Shown: positions 8,547 through 19,500 of the stretch, piece after piece
How positions within the stretch are numbered: position 1 is the first letter of the stretch
Layout: each line of letters starts with the position of its first letter
Assembly: GCA_003224855.1 (NCBI GenBank)
Contig: QHZY01000011.1
Span: 2,602 to 66,601, forward strand
DNA length: 64,000 nt
Direction of reading: 5' to 3'
DNA from: Acidobacteriota bacterium
GTDB lineage: Bacteria > Acidobacteriota > Terriglobia > Terriglobales > Acidobacteriaceae
Made by a program: the position numbers and the translations under genes
Notes under the pieces: generated by a model
Told to the model about the DNA's origin: nothing
What the model saw: the letters and a program-made list of their open reading frames with translations, nothing else
The model's database searches: none

Positions 8547-9461
8547 CTATTTGGCTTGCGCAACCTGTGGCTGAAGAAGAGGCTTGGCCGAGACTGCTTG
8601 CGGTAGCGGAGCCAGCCACTTTCTGATCTCAGGAAGCGCGGCGCGAGCAGCTGCTTCGCCGGCACGGATCAAGTCAGTAGAGCGCTCGAAGGCGTCATAC
8701 TTGAAGCCGTTTACGGCCGGTTCAATTACCAGATCCGACGCCCGTTTCCAGACTTCACAAGTTTTATCCTGGGCGATGGCGAAACATTGTCCGATCACGT
8801 CGAACAGATGCCTGGGACCATCCCCGTTAGTCCAATTTCCCTTGAGGTGAATGGAAAGAACGTGAGTTGCCCCCATTTCGCGCAGTGGCAACGCGGGCAC
8901 CGCGTGCGCCAGCATTCCATCAATCAGCATTCGGCCATTGATTTTTACGGGGAGAAACATGCCCGGGTAAGCGCAGCTGGCGCGCACCGGGTCGATGAGC
9001 GGACCGGAGTGAAACAGAACTGCTTCGCCGGTTGAGAAGTCGGTTGCCGTCACTGCCAGTGGCAGTTGCAATTCTTCAAAAGTTCTCACCCGCAGGATGC
9101 GGTTGAGAAAGCCGATCATCCGCTGGTTGCTGGCGAATCCGTACCGGGAAAGCGTCCAGCGCGCGATGTGCTTGAAGCGCACCCGGCCGGCAATCTCTTC
9201 TAATTCCGGGACGGATACGCCACTGCAGTAAGCCGCGCCGATCAGCGCTCCGACGCTGGTGCCGGCCACGAAACTGATGGGAATGTTTTCTTCTTCAAGG
9301 ACTTTCAGGACGCCAACGTGGGCGATGCCACGGGCGAATCCGCCACCCAGCGCGATCCCAATACCGACCGGTGAAGCAGCCTGCGCCAGGCCGTTCTCGA
9401 GCGGCGAAAGCGCCCGCCCGAAAGCCTGTACCGACCGGATAATCTTGCCTAGAGTCTTCAC
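8547..9461 (-). CDS. patatin-like phospholipase family protein
   Basis: Oxyanion motif GGGFARG, nucleophile elbow GTSVGA, and a downstream DG(M) catalytic Asp region. Confidence 0.85.
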   Translation of the reverse strand: MKTLGKIIRSVQAFGRALSPLENGLAQAASPVGIGIALGGGFARGIAHVGVLKVLEEENIPISFVAGTSVGALIGAAYCSGVSVPELEEIAGRVRFKHIARWTLSRYGFASNQRMIGFLNRILRVRTFEELQLPLAVTATDFSTGEAVLFHSGPLIDPVRASCAYPGMFLPVKINGRMLIDGMLAHAVPALPLREMGATHVLSIHLKGNWTNGDGPRHLFDVIGQCFAIAQDKTCEVWKRASDLVIEPAVNGFKYDAFERSTDLIRAGEAAARAALPEIRKWLAPLPQAVSAKPLLQPQVAQAK

Positions 9462-9589
9462 CGCCGCCTCACATCAGACTCAGACTCTTTCTAGCATTTA
9501 AGATGCCAGCTCTGGCGGGAAGGTTCCAGTGACGCGGGTTTCAGAGCATTGGTTACTGCTGGATTTACTCGCGTCTACAGCCCTTCACC

Positions 9590-10111
9590 ATGACTAACTC
9601 CCTTGTTCCTGTTAAGTTTGAGTCGATGCTGCGGGAGATTTCAGCCGGTGGAGTGGTGCTGCACAAGCAAGGAGCCGACTGGTCTATCGCAGTGATTGAG
9701 CCGCAAAAGGAACCCGCTGAGAAGGCGAGCGCCAGGAAATCGGCTCCCAAAGCGATCTTCGCGCTTCCCAAAGGACTGGTGGATCCCGGCGAAAAGCCCG
9801 ATCAGACGGCCATTCGCGAGGTCTACGAGGAGACCGGAATCACCGCGCTCCCGATTACCAAGCTGGGCGACATCAAGTACGTATACGTGCGCTCCTGGGG
9901 CGATGGCCAGCGGGTGTTTAAGATCGTGAGCTTTTACCTGTTGCGCTATCAGTCCGGTTCGATTGATGATATCGCTCCCGAAATGCGAATTGAGGTCCGG
10001 CGCGCATCATGGATTCCGATGAATGAGGCGGCGAAAAAACTAGCGTACCGTGGCGAACGCGATATTATTCGCCGCGCACAGGAGTATCTGGAACAGCATC
10101 CGGAGGCTTAG
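9590..10111 (+). CDS. NUDIX hydrolase
   Basis: Nudix box G...E...AIREVYEETGI. Confidence 0.85.
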   Translation: MTNSLVPVKFESMLREISAGGVVLHKQGADWSIAVIEPQKEPAEKASARKSAPKAIFALPKGLVDPGEKPDQTAIREVYEETGITALPITKLGDIKYVYVRSWGDGQRVFKIVSFYLLRYQSGSIDDIAPEMRIEVRRASWIPMNEAAKKLAYRGERDIIRRAQEYLEQHPEA

Positions 10112-10116
10112 ACAGC

Positions 10117-10812
10117 ATGGCGCGTGTACATCACATTGAGAAGCACTTCACTGCCGGAAATTTTGTGCGCGACGTGGTGATTGGCATGTCAGACGGTTTG
10201 ACGGTGCCGTTCGCACTGGCTGCGGGGCTGTCGGGCGCAGTGCAGAATACTAAACTGATCGTCGTAGGCGGCCTGGCCGAGATTGCGGCCGGTTCTATCG
10301 CCATGGGGCTTGGCGGATATCTCGCAGCTCGTGGCGACGCTGAGCACTACGACCAGGAGCGGGCGCGGGAGTACCGCGAGATCAAAGAGATCCCCGAAGA
10401 AGAGGTGGCTGAGGTGAGCCGTATATTCCAGGCCTACGGCATGACCGCGGAAGAGAGCGATCCGGTGGCGGAGAAACTTAGCCGGCGGCCCGATTCCTGG
10501 GTAGATTTCATGATGCGCTTCGAACTTGGACTTGAGCCACCCGATCCTAGCCGCGCACTAACCAGCGCCGGGACCATTGCAGCATCGTATGTTGCGGGTG
10601 GGTTGATCCCGCTGTCACCCTACATTGTTTTGGGCAGTCCCGGGCAGGGGCTTATCACCTCGGCTGTAGTAACACTGGCGGCACTTGGGATCTTTGGATT
10701 CCTGAAAGGCCGTTATACCGGCAGCGGCCCGTTACGCAGCGCTACCCAGACCATGATTATTGGAGGCATTGCTGCTGCCGCGGCATTTTTGCTGGCGAAA
10801 CTGATTGCGTGA
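10117..10812 (+). CDS. VIT1/CCC1-family iron/manganese transporter
   Basis: Shows VIGMSDGLTVPFALAAGLSGA, a central acidic cytosolic segment and C-terminal TM helices. The gene starts 5 nt after the NUDIX stop. Confidence 0.8.
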   Translation: MARVHHIEKHFTAGNFVRDVVIGMSDGLTVPFALAAGLSGAVQNTKLIVVGGLAEIAAGSIAMGLGGYLAARGDAEHYDQERAREYREIKEIPEEEVAEVSRIFQAYGMTAEESDPVAEKLSRRPDSWVDFMMRFELGLEPPDPSRALTSAGTIAASYVAGGLIPLSPYIVLGSPGQGLITSAVVTLAALGIFGFLKGRYTGSGPLRSATQTMIIGGIAAAAAFLLAKLIA

Positions 10813-10823
10813 TGGTGGCGTGA

Positions 10824-11822
10824 TCACTTGCCGTTAACGGCGCGCCGATACGCAATTACATTACGATTGTGTTCTTCCAGATTGTGGGCGAATCGGTGAC
10901 GACCGTTGCCGTCTGCCACAAAGTAGAAATAGTCGGTCTGGGCGGGATGCATGGCTGCCTCAAGCGCACTTCGTCCCGGGTTGCCGATCGGACCCGGCGG
11001 CAGGCCAGGATGGGTGTAAGTGTTATACGAAGAGTGCACCTGCAGGTCGGCATGGTGCAGCTTGCCGGCATAAGTGCCGTCGAGCAGTTCAGCATAAATC
11101 ACGCTGGGATCAGCCTGCAGCGCCACCCGGCTGGCCAGGCGATTAGCGTAAACGCTGGCCACCAGCGCCCGCTCTTCGGGAACAGCGGTCTCCTTTTCCA
11201 CGATTGAGGCCAGCGTCACCGTGCGCTCTACATCGTTGTTTAGACCGATTACAGTCGCCACCTGGCGGAACTGCCTGACCATATTTTCAACCATCTCATT
11301 CATGCTTTGAGCGCGCGTGAACTGATAGGTCGCGGGAAACAGGTAGCCTTCCAGGGTCTTGGCTTGGGGCGCGATATCCGAGATAAGCGCCACATCCGAC
11401 TGCGCCGCCTTCAGGAAATCGTCTGCTGATCCAAGTCCGGCATCCTGCACTGCCCTGGCAATGTCGAACATGTTGTAGCCTTCAGGGATTACGACTGTGT
11501 GGACGTAGATGTCGCCCCGGGCAAGGCGATCGTGGACCTGGGCCAGGTTGGCAGAGGAGTTGAACAGGTATTCTCCGGCTTTCAGCGAGCGGCCGCGATG
11601 GAAGTAGTGCCAGACCAGAAAACCGGCGCTGCTGCGAACCACTCCAGCGGATTGAAGTTCTCTGGCGATTCGGCGCGTGCCGAATCCCGGACGTAACTGA
11701 ACGTATTTAGGCTGATCGGGCTGGATGGGCTTCCATATCGACCATCCCAGCCATCCTCCGGCCGCAAGCGCCAGCACAGCCATGAAAGCAGCGAATTTGA
11801 GCACGCCGCGCACTTTCCACAT
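10824..11822 (-). CDS. mltG: endolytic murein transglycosylase MltG (YceG-like)
   Basis: N-terminal TM anchor and YceG-like core. The C-terminal motif YFYFVADGNGRHRFAHNLEEHN is present. Confidence 0.85.
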   Translation of the reverse strand: MWKVRGVLKFAAFMAVLALAAGGWLGWSIWKPIQPDQPKYVQLRPGFGTRRIARELQSAGVVRSSAGFLVWHYFHRGRSLKAGEYLFNSSANLAQVHDRLARGDIYVHTVVIPEGYNMFDIARAVQDAGLGSADDFLKAAQSDVALISDIAPQAKTLEGYLFPATYQFTRAQSMNEMVENMVRQFRQVATVIGLNNDVERTVTLASIVEKETAVPEERALVASVYANRLASRVALQADPSVIYAELLDGTYAGKLHHADLQVHSSYNTYTHPGLPPGPIGNPGRSALEAAMHPAQTDYFYFVADGNGRHRFAHNLEEHNRNVIAYRRAVNGK

Positions 11823-11888
11823 TTTAGATGAGGGAGTTACGGCGGAAGTTAGTCGATGGTCGCTGCACTTCGGCCAACAAATTACTGC

Positions 11889-12314
11889 TCAAAAGTTTTT
11901 CGCAGTCATCCAGGATTGCAGGATCAGCACCGCCGCCAGGCGGTCCACAACTTCGCCCCGGCGTTTAATGGACATCTCAGAATCACGCAGCACGCGGTTG
12001 GCTTCGGCCGAGGTGAGGCGTTCATCCCACAGATGGACGGGAAGGGAAAAGCGACGTTCCACTTCCACCGCAAACGCTCTCATCTTTTCGGATTGCGTTC
12101 CTTCCATACCGCTCATGCGAAGCGGCAGCCCGACCACGATTTCAGAGATTTCAAATTGCTCGATCACTCGCTGCAACTGCTCGAAATCGTGCCGCTTGTT
12201 CTTGCGGCGAATAGTGTTCAAACCCTGTGCGGTGATGCCCAGCGGATCGGAAACAGCCAGGCCAATCGTCTTTGAGCCAACGTCCAGCCCCAGGATTCGC
12301 GGTTTGGGCTCCAC
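11889..12314 (-). CDS. ruvX: Holliday junction resolvase-like protein RuvX (YqgF)
   Basis: ILGLDVGSKTIGLAVSD N-terminus and DERLTS motif. It lies immediately upstream of mltG on the same strand. Confidence 0.85.
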   Translation of the reverse strand: MEPKPRILGLDVGSKTIGLAVSDPLGITAQGLNTIRRKNKRHDFEQLQRVIEQFEISEIVVGLPLRMSGMEGTQSEKMRAFAVEVERRFSLPVHLWDERLTSAEANRVLRDSEMSIKRRGEVVDRLAAVLILQSWMTAKNF

Positions 12315-12365
12315 GCGGCGACTATATGCCGAGGAGTTTGACTTCCGAATTAGACTGTAACCGAC

Positions 12366-13445
12366 ATGCCCGGGGACGAGATCAAAGTTTTTGAAGCCCA
12401 GCTGGGTGAGACCACGTTGTTAAGGTCCGGCGACGGCCGGCCGCACTGGGCGCTGAGCGCAATAGGTATCGCCACCATACTCGGGTTGTGCTACTGGGGC
12501 GAGCTCGTGCTCTCTACCATGATGGTATCGGTGCTGCTGGCGTTTATCCTGGCCCCGGTCGTGGATCTGTTGATGCGTTTGCGATTGCCGCGAGGAGTGG
12601 CGGCTTTCATTGCTGTAGTTCTTCTTCTGGCCCTGGTGGGCGCCGGAGTCGTGTACTTCTCCAGCCAGGCGCTTTCGTTTGCCCAGGACGTGGCGCGCTA
12701 TGCAGGCAAGATTCGAGCTGAGCTGCGGACCTTCTGGGAGAAGGCCGAAAGTTTTGGCGGACTTACACCTGCGCCCTTCTCGAATGAAAGCAACTCCGAA
12801 GCTTCAGGTAATCTGACCACGCTGGTTTTCCGCGGCTTCGGATCAGTAACTCAGGGGTTAGTAGTAGGCTCGTTCATTCCTTTCCTGGTCTACTTCATGT
12901 TGACCTGGCAGCACCATGTGCGGTCGGCTACGGTGATGCTGTTCGGCCTGGAAAATCGGCACACTGCTTACGTAACCCTGGGCCTGATCTCGGCCATGAT
13001 TCGCAGCTTCATGGTGGGTAATCTTTTAATCGGGCTTTTTTTAGGGACCGTCAGCACCGTCGCTTTCGGAATTCTGCAATTTCCTTTTTTCTACTTCGTG
13101 GGATTTGTCAGCGGCTTTCTGAGCCTGATTCCTTACCTGGGGGTGCTGCTGGCCCTGCTGCCACCCCTGATCGTGGGATTCGGGCATGTGCCTTCGGAAG
13201 CAATCATCGGGTCGCTGCTGACGGTTGCGGGCATGCACGTGATAGCGCTGAATGTGCTCTACCCGAAGTTTCTGGGGCCCAGGCTTCAGCTGAACCCGTT
13301 GGCAGTGACGATTGCGCTTTTGGTTTGGGGCTGGCTGTGGGGCGGAATGGGTCTGGTGCTGGCGATTCCCATCACTGCCGCGATGAAAATCATCTTCGAC
13401 CACATTCACGCCTTGAGACCGTATGGAGCCTGGCTGGGTGAGTAA
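12366..13445 (+). CDS. AI-2E family (PerM-like) transporter
   Basis: About 8 TM helices with the typical C-terminal LAIPITAAMKII segment. Confidence 0.8.
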   Translation: MPGDEIKVFEAQLGETTLLRSGDGRPHWALSAIGIATILGLCYWGELVLSTMMVSVLLAFILAPVVDLLMRLRLPRGVAAFIAVVLLLALVGAGVVYFSSQALSFAQDVARYAGKIRAELRTFWEKAESFGGLTPAPFSNESNSEASGNLTTLVFRGFGSVTQGLVVGSFIPFLVYFMLTWQHHVRSATVMLFGLENRHTAYVTLGLISAMIRSFMVGNLLIGLFLGTVSTVAFGILQFPFFYFVGFVSGFLSLIPYLGVLLALLPPLIVGFGHVPSEAIIGSLLTVAGMHVIALNVLYPKFLGPRLQLNPLAVTIALLVWGWLWGGMGLVLAIPITAAMKIIFDHIHALRPYGAWLGE

Positions 13446-13450
13446 GACTT

Positions 13451-13984
13451 TCAGGCCTGATATTCTTCAGCTTCGGGGAACCTTAATTCGCATTTGGCAA
13501 GCGCTTTAGAAAGCATATCGGCGATCTCATCTTCTTCACAGTTCTTCGCCATCGCTATTTCGCTGACCAAAAGATAACGCGCGCGCTCCAGCATTTTCTT
13601 CTCCCGGAAAGAAAGCGGCTTGGACTGATTTAGCACCAGCAGGCTCTTCAGGACCGCAGCCACTTCCAGCAGCGATCCGGTGCGCATCCGTTCCGAGTTT
13701 TCTTTAAAACGATCTTTCCAGTCGGCGCTGCTGTCGCACGATCCATCTTCCAGGTAGGTAACAATCTTGGTGATTTCGCCGTTCCGAACTACCCGCCTCA
13801 AGCCAACCATCGCCACATTGTGAAAAGGCACCATTACCTTCAGGCTGTTGGCCTTGATCTTCAATAGATAGTACTGCTCGACCGTAGCACCTGTTGTGCG
13901 ACTGCTGATCTGCTCGATAACTCCAACGCCATGATTGGGATAGACGACTTTATCCCCTATGTGAAAATTGCCGTCGCTCATCAT
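13451..13984 (-). CDS. carD: CarD-family transcriptional regulator
   Basis: N-terminal Tudor-like GDKVVYPNHGVGVIEQI and a helical C-terminal domain. Confidence 0.85.
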   Translation of the reverse strand: MMSDGNFHIGDKVVYPNHGVGVIEQISSRTTGATVEQYYLLKIKANSLKVMVPFHNVAMVGLRRVVRNGEITKIVTYLEDGSCDSSADWKDRFKENSERMRTGSLLEVAAVLKSLLVLNQSKPLSFREKKMLERARYLLVSEIAMAKNCEEDEIADMLSKALAKCELRFPEAEEYQA

Positions 13985-14200
13985 CGGGAACCACCTACGA
14001 GCGCAGGACTCGGAAGGAACAAGACACCCCTATTTTAGCCCAGATTGGGCTTTTCAGCAATCTTAGAGAAATTGCGTCTGAGCGGACTATATCCCGTAAT
14101 TTCAGCAGAGTACGCCGGCTTGCTTGGCTCTTGAAAGCTTGGCCCTTGCACTCAGGGCGAGGCAGTCTGCCATTCTGACTCGTTTATAATCCTGTGCAGC

Positions 14201-14680
14201 ATGACCGAGCAGATCAAGAAGAAGCTCCAGGATGAGATCAATACCCTGGAACACGAGCTGAGTCACGAACTTCCCAAAGAGTTGAAGAAAGCGGTAGCCC
14301 TTGGCGACCTGAGCGAGAACGCCGAATATCACATGGCGAAACAGCGCCAGGAGTTTGTGAAGGCCCGCCTGCGGCAGCTGGGCCGCCGGCTGGCCGACCT
14401 CAGCCTCATTAACATGAACAACATTCCCAAGGACAAAGTTGGGCTGGGTTCAACGGTGCGGGTTTATGACAACACCAAGAACGAAGAAGTGGAATACAAG
14501 CTGGTGACCAGTGAAGAGTCCGATGTCGCGGCCGGTAGAATTTCGACCACTTCACCAATCGGCAAGGCCTTGTTGAACAAAAAAGTCGGCGACAGCGCAA
14601 TTGTGGTTACTCCGAACGGAAACCGGGAAATGGACATCCTGACCTTGACCACCATTCACGACCAGGCGGCCGCGGAGTGA
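14201..14680 (+). CDS. greA: transcription elongation factor GreA
   Basis: Coiled-coil N-terminus with DLSENAEYHMAK and a C-terminal FKBP-like domain (GSTVRVYD..., ISTTSPIGKALLNKKVGD). Confidence 0.9.
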   Translation: MTEQIKKKLQDEINTLEHELSHELPKELKKAVALGDLSENAEYHMAKQRQEFVKARLRQLGRRLADLSLINMNNIPKDKVGLGSTVRVYDNTKNEEVEYKLVTSEESDVAAGRISTTSPIGKALLNKKVGDSAIVVTPNGNREMDILTLTTIHDQAAAE

Positions 14681-14690
14681 GCGCATTCCT

Positions 14691-15320
14691 ATGACGTGGA
14701 CCAGCGCATTCGGCCGGGCATGCGGTGTGTTGCTGGACCGCATTGTCCGATGGCTGGCTCTGGCGCGCATCAATCCTAACGTCCTCACCTTCCTCGGCCT
14801 GGTTGTAAACACCATTGCCGCCTTCCTGTTCGGTTCGGCCAATGCGGACAATCAGGCTCGCATGTTTTTCTATGCGGGACTGGTAATCATCGGATCGGGC
14901 TTCTTTGACCTCGTTGACGGCCAGGTGGCGCGTGCAACCAACCGCGTCACGCGCTTCGGGGCTTTTTTTGACTCGGTGGTGGACCGCTACAGTGACGCCT
15001 CGCAGTTTCTGGGGCTGCTGGTCTATTACGCCCGCGGCCAGCGGTTCTCTTACGTGGTGCTGACCGCGTTCGTTATGGTCAGCGCCATCATGGTCAGCTA
15101 TACCAGGGCCAGAGCGGAATCGCTGATTGGCTCCTGCCGGGTAGGTTTTATGGAGCGGCCCGAGCGCTTAGTGCTGGTCATCATCGGCGCGCTTTTCAAT
15201 CGCATGGCGCCGGTGCTGTGGGTCATCGCGGTGCTCAGCACGATCACCGTCATTCACCGCATTCAATACACCTGGGCCCGGACACAGGACGCACCCATCA
15301 GATCCGGGCAGGCGGCATAA
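14691..15320 (+). CDS. CDP-alcohol phosphatidyltransferase family protein
   Basis: Signature D-G-x2-A-R-x8-G-x3-D-x3-D (DLVDGQVARATNRVTRFGAFFDSVVDR) in a multi-TM protein. Confidence 0.8.
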   Translation: MTWTSAFGRACGVLLDRIVRWLALARINPNVLTFLGLVVNTIAAFLFGSANADNQARMFFYAGLVIIGSGFFDLVDGQVARATNRVTRFGAFFDSVVDRYSDASQFLGLLVYYARGQRFSYVVLTAFVMVSAIMVSYTRARAESLIGSCRVGFMERPERLVLVIIGALFNRMAPVLWVIAVLSTITVIHRIQYTWARTQDAPIRSGQAA

Positions 15321-15429
15321 TGCCCACCCCTGTCGTTCCAAGCCGTCCCCAGCCGCTGACTCGCTTTGTGCCTCCTGAAGACTCTTCTTTTTAGCTGCTA
15401 GACTGTCCTGTTCTCGATGAGGAATTCCT

Positions 15430-16344
15430 TTGCCGACTGATCCGGTGCTGGTGGTTCATGGCGGAGCCTGGGCCATTCCAGACGACATGGTGGAAGCGCA
15501 TTTGAAGGGTGTGCGCAACGCGGCGGCCGCCGCATGGCAGACCATGCAGCGGGGCGGTTCGGCACTCGATGCGGTGGAAGAAGCGGTCGTGGTCATGGAA
15601 GATGACGAAACCTTCGATGCCGGGCGCGGCAGCTTTCTAAATCGCGACGGGCGAGTGCAACTGGATGCGCTGATCATGGATGGAGCAACGCTGCGTGCCG
15701 GCGGCGTCGGATGCGTAGAGCGAATCGCCAACCCGGTGCGGGCGGCGCGAAAGATCCTAAGCGACAGTCCGCATGTTTACTTCGTCGGAGAGGGCGCAGA
15801 ACGCTTCGCCGCGGAACATGGCGTTCAGCTTTGCCGCAATGAGGACCTTGTAATCCCGCGCGAGATTGAAAGACTACGCGAATTTCAGGCCAGGACTGCA
15901 ACTAGCGACGACGATCTTTTCGCTCCAGCCATCTCGCATGACACGGTAGGCGCGCTGGCGCTGGACCGTAATGGCAATATTGCGGCCGCCACTTCCACCG
16001 GCGGTACGCTGAACAAGGCGCCGGGCAGGCTGGGCGATTCTTCTTTGATCGGGTGCGGATGTTATGCCGACAATCAGTCCGCCGCCGCTTCCACCACCGG
16101 ATGGGGCGAGCCGATTATGAAGCTGGTGCTGGCAAAATGGGCCGCCGATCGGGTGTTGGCCGGAAACCTTCCGCAGTGGGCGGCCGCCGAAGCGATCAAC
16201 TATTTGAAAGACCGCGTGAACGGACACGGAGGGATGATCGTGCTGGATTCTAAAGGGCGCTTCGGAATCGCCCACAATACCCCGCGCATGGCCTGGGCGT
16301 TGCGGACTGCCGCCGAAGAGCGTTGGGCCATCGAACTAACCTAG
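15430..16344 (+). CDS. isoaspartyl peptidase / L-asparaginase (Ntn hydrolase)
   Basis: Autocleavage/nucleophile region HDTVGALALD, plus GGT..K.PGR.GDS and GEPIMK motifs. TTG start. Confidence 0.85.
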   Translation: MPTDPVLVVHGGAWAIPDDMVEAHLKGVRNAAAAAWQTMQRGGSALDAVEEAVVVMEDDETFDAGRGSFLNRDGRVQLDALIMDGATLRAGGVGCVERIANPVRAARKILSDSPHVYFVGEGAERFAAEHGVQLCRNEDLVIPREIERLREFQARTATSDDDLFAPAISHDTVGALALDRNGNIAAATSTGGTLNKAPGRLGDSSLIGCGCYADNQSAAASTTGWGEPIMKLVLAKWAADRVLAGNLPQWAAAEAINYLKDRVNGHGGMIVLDSKGRFGIAHNTPRMAWALRTAAEERWAIELT

Positions 16345-16516
16345 AGCTGCTGATGAAGCCTGTTCCACTCAGCAATTTACCTTAAGTTTCAGTCTCGGCC
16401 AGGGAGTTGCCACCGGCGACCTGCACGTCACCGTCAAGGACCCGAAGGGCGGGGTCGTAAACAGCGCTTCCATCACAGTTCGCGATGAACAAAAAGGCCT
16501 GCGGCGTCCGGCAACC

Positions 16517-19500
16517 GTGAACCAGGAAGGCGAGTACAGCATTCTGGCGCTGCCTCCCGGGCGCTATAGGGTGGAAGTTGAAGCCCAGGGCTTCGCCAGG
16601 ATCACTGCGGAGGGCGTGGTCATCACCGTCGGTCAGCGGGCGGAACTGCCGATTACGCTCTCGGTTGCCGGTACGCAGGAAGTGGTCAACGTAACCTCGG
16701 AAGCGGAATTGGTTGAGACCCAGCGGACATCTTCCACCAACACCATCGAACAGCGGCGTATCGATAACCTTCCTATCAACGGCCGCAACTACATTCAATT
16801 CGCCCAGACCGACTCGCAGGTTTTGCCTGATAATGCGCCTTCGATCGGCGCCGCTCCCACTTCCGGTTTGAACATCAGCGGGCAGCGAGCACGCTCCAAT
16901 CTGGTGAACGTGGATGGCGCGGATGCGACCGACAACTCAGTGAATGGCGTGCGCTCCACGGTTTCGCAGGAGGCAGTGCAGGAGTTTCAGATCATCAACA
17001 ACAGCTATGCGGCGGAGTACGGCCGCGCCTCAGGCGGAGTCATAAACATTGTCACCCGTTCGGGGTCCAACAGCACGCACGGCAGCGTGTACGGGTACCT
17101 CCGCAATCGCAACTTTCAGGCGGTGAACCCGTTCAGCACCGTTTCCGATCCGGCGTACACGCGGGTGCAGGCGGGTGCGACCCTGGGCGGCGCGATCAAA
17201 AAAGACAAGACTTTTTATTACTTCTCATACGAAGTAACTCGCAGGCATGAGACCGGATTTTCGAGTATAGGAACGCCGAACGGCAGATTCGGGATGGTGA
17301 ACACCGACGTCTCGCCTGTCTTCGGGTTTCCGCAGGGCTCAGGTTTTGTGATCCAGGCAACTCCGGAGCAGGCGGCCTTCATTAACGCTGCACCTCCTCC
17401 TCTGGCACAGCCATACGCAATCCTGGTGGGCGCAGCCTCTGGAATTGCGCTTAACGGATCCTATCCGGCTGGGTTTGGAGCACTGGTGCAAGCCGGGGTT
17501 TTGCCGACACCCACCAATGGCTCGAACCCTCTTCAACAGTTCTTCAGTTCATGCAATTTAAATCCTGCCAATCCCCTGGCCTCGAATACTCTCTGTAACG
17601 GACTACCCAGCACATTCCTTAGCTTGCTGCCGCAAGCCGGAAACTATCCGGTGTTTGAAGGAACCAGCCTGTACTCCTTGCGCATCGACCACAATCTGAG
17701 CAATAGCCATCGCTTAACGTTGCGTGCGAATGTCAGCCCCAGCACTGTGAACGGAATTCAGGTTAATGGTGAAAATCAGACCTTTGGGCAGAACGGGTTT
17801 TCGCGCACCTCTTCGCAGACTTATCGAGATGTCGCCGGTATGGCGCAGGATACCTGGACCATCGGCAACAACAAGGTGAATGAACTCCGCTTTCAATACG
17901 CGCGTCGCGGGCTGCAATACTTCTTTGCCGATGCGCCCGGCGGATCAAACGTAGCTTCCAACATTGCCGGGTTCGCATTTGTCGGAAGGGAGCCTTACTC
18001 CTTCATTCAGCGAACGGAGCAGCGATACCAGTTCAGTGATAACTTTTCGTGGGCCTTTGGACGACACAATTCCAAGTTCGGGGTTGACTTCAATTACCTG
18101 CCCTTGACGGCGATCTTCACAGTGAACTATGGAGGCGTTTACAACTTCAGCAGCCTTGATGCCAGCACCTTCGGCTTTCCAGCAGGTGTTGGTGTGCCGG
18201 CGCTTACCGGGGTGCAGGCCTTCGGACTTGGCATACCCAGCACTCTGGTGCAGGGCGTAGGCAATCCGCGCGACAGTTTCGACAACAAGCCTCTCGGGCT
18301 GTTTTGGCAGGATTCTTTCCGCGCCCGCCCCAACCTCACTCTGAATCTCGGCTTGCGGTATGACATCGAATTTCCGCCGAAATTTGCGCCCCCAACCGGG
18401 CTGGCGCTTTCCGCTTACAACCAACTTGGACTGCAGAAAGGAATTGAAACCGACACCAACAATCTTCAGCCGCGAATCGGCATTGCCTGGGACCCGCATG
18501 GAAACGGCAAGAGCGTGCTGCGGGCTTCGTATGGAATCTTTTACGATCATCCGCTGCTGGGATTGTATTTCCTGGGCGACGCCTCCGACGGCTCCAAGAG
18601 CGGTCAGTTGCTGTTTGCCGGTGGCGCGCCCTGCAGTCAGAATGCTGCGGCGGCCGGCCCGCAAAGCCTGAATGCGACCAACATTTTTCAGGGCATACTA
18701 ACCACCAGCTCCTGCCTCCCGGGCATTCCTGGCTACACCCCGAACCAGCAGCGCTTTGACGCATTTAATGCGAGTTTGTTCCTGAACCAGAATTACTTGA
18801 ATCCGGCCACGTTCTTTCCGCTGGCATTTCAGCCCTTCGGCTACCCGCAGTCGAAAAATTTTGTTTATGCCTACTCGCAGCAGGCAAACCTTACGTTTGA
18901 GCAGGACCTGGGGCACGAGCTCTCGCTCAGCCTCGGATACAACTTCAATGGCGGACGCCACTTGAACCGTCCTATCAACGCCAACACACCGCGGGGAGAT
19001 CTGCTGGTACGGAACTGGCAGGCGGCGCTGACCGATTCCACATCCAATGCCTCGGGCGGCCCATTGTTTGTCGGTGCTGGCGCCGCACCCTGCGGCTTCG
19101 GATCAGGCGGGCAGCCCTGGGTGTCCGCTGCGCTGGTCAATTTCTTTCGGCCAGGAGGCCTGAATCCGGCGATCGCAGGCGCTTTGCTGCAGAATCCGCT
19201 GGCAGCGCCCTGCGTAGGGCTGGCGCAGCAAATCCTTCAAGGTGGCGGGTTGAGCACAGCCTGTGATCCCACCACCCCCGCCTTCACCGGATGCATTCCG
19301 TTCAGCGATATGGACGCCAATTTTTCGAACGGCAGTTCGATTTATCACGGATTAACGGCCAATCTACGCAAACGGTTCCGAGACCACTTCGAGTTTCTTG
19401 CCTCTTACACCTGGTCGCACGCGATTGACGACTCCACCGATCTTCAGTCGCCCCTGGCTCCGCAGGACAGTTACTTCCCGGGACTGGAACGCTCGACTTC

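Noticed and set aside
11725-12360. 211-aa plus-strand ORF
   Set aside because: It lies antisense to mltG and ruvX, whose products carry clear family motifs. The translation is Ser/Arg-rich nonsense.
14185-14190. Perfect TATAAT hexamer 10 nt upstream of the greA ATG
   Set aside because: There is no recognisable -35 or extended -10 element, and the spacing would leave almost no leader. I cannot support it as a promoter from sequence alone.
17945-18664. 239-aa minus-strand ORF, plus several other 60-140-aa ORFs inside 16517-20065
   Set aside because: All are antisense or out of frame within the well-supported TonB-dependent receptor gene. They are Arg/Gly/Pro-rich shadow ORFs.
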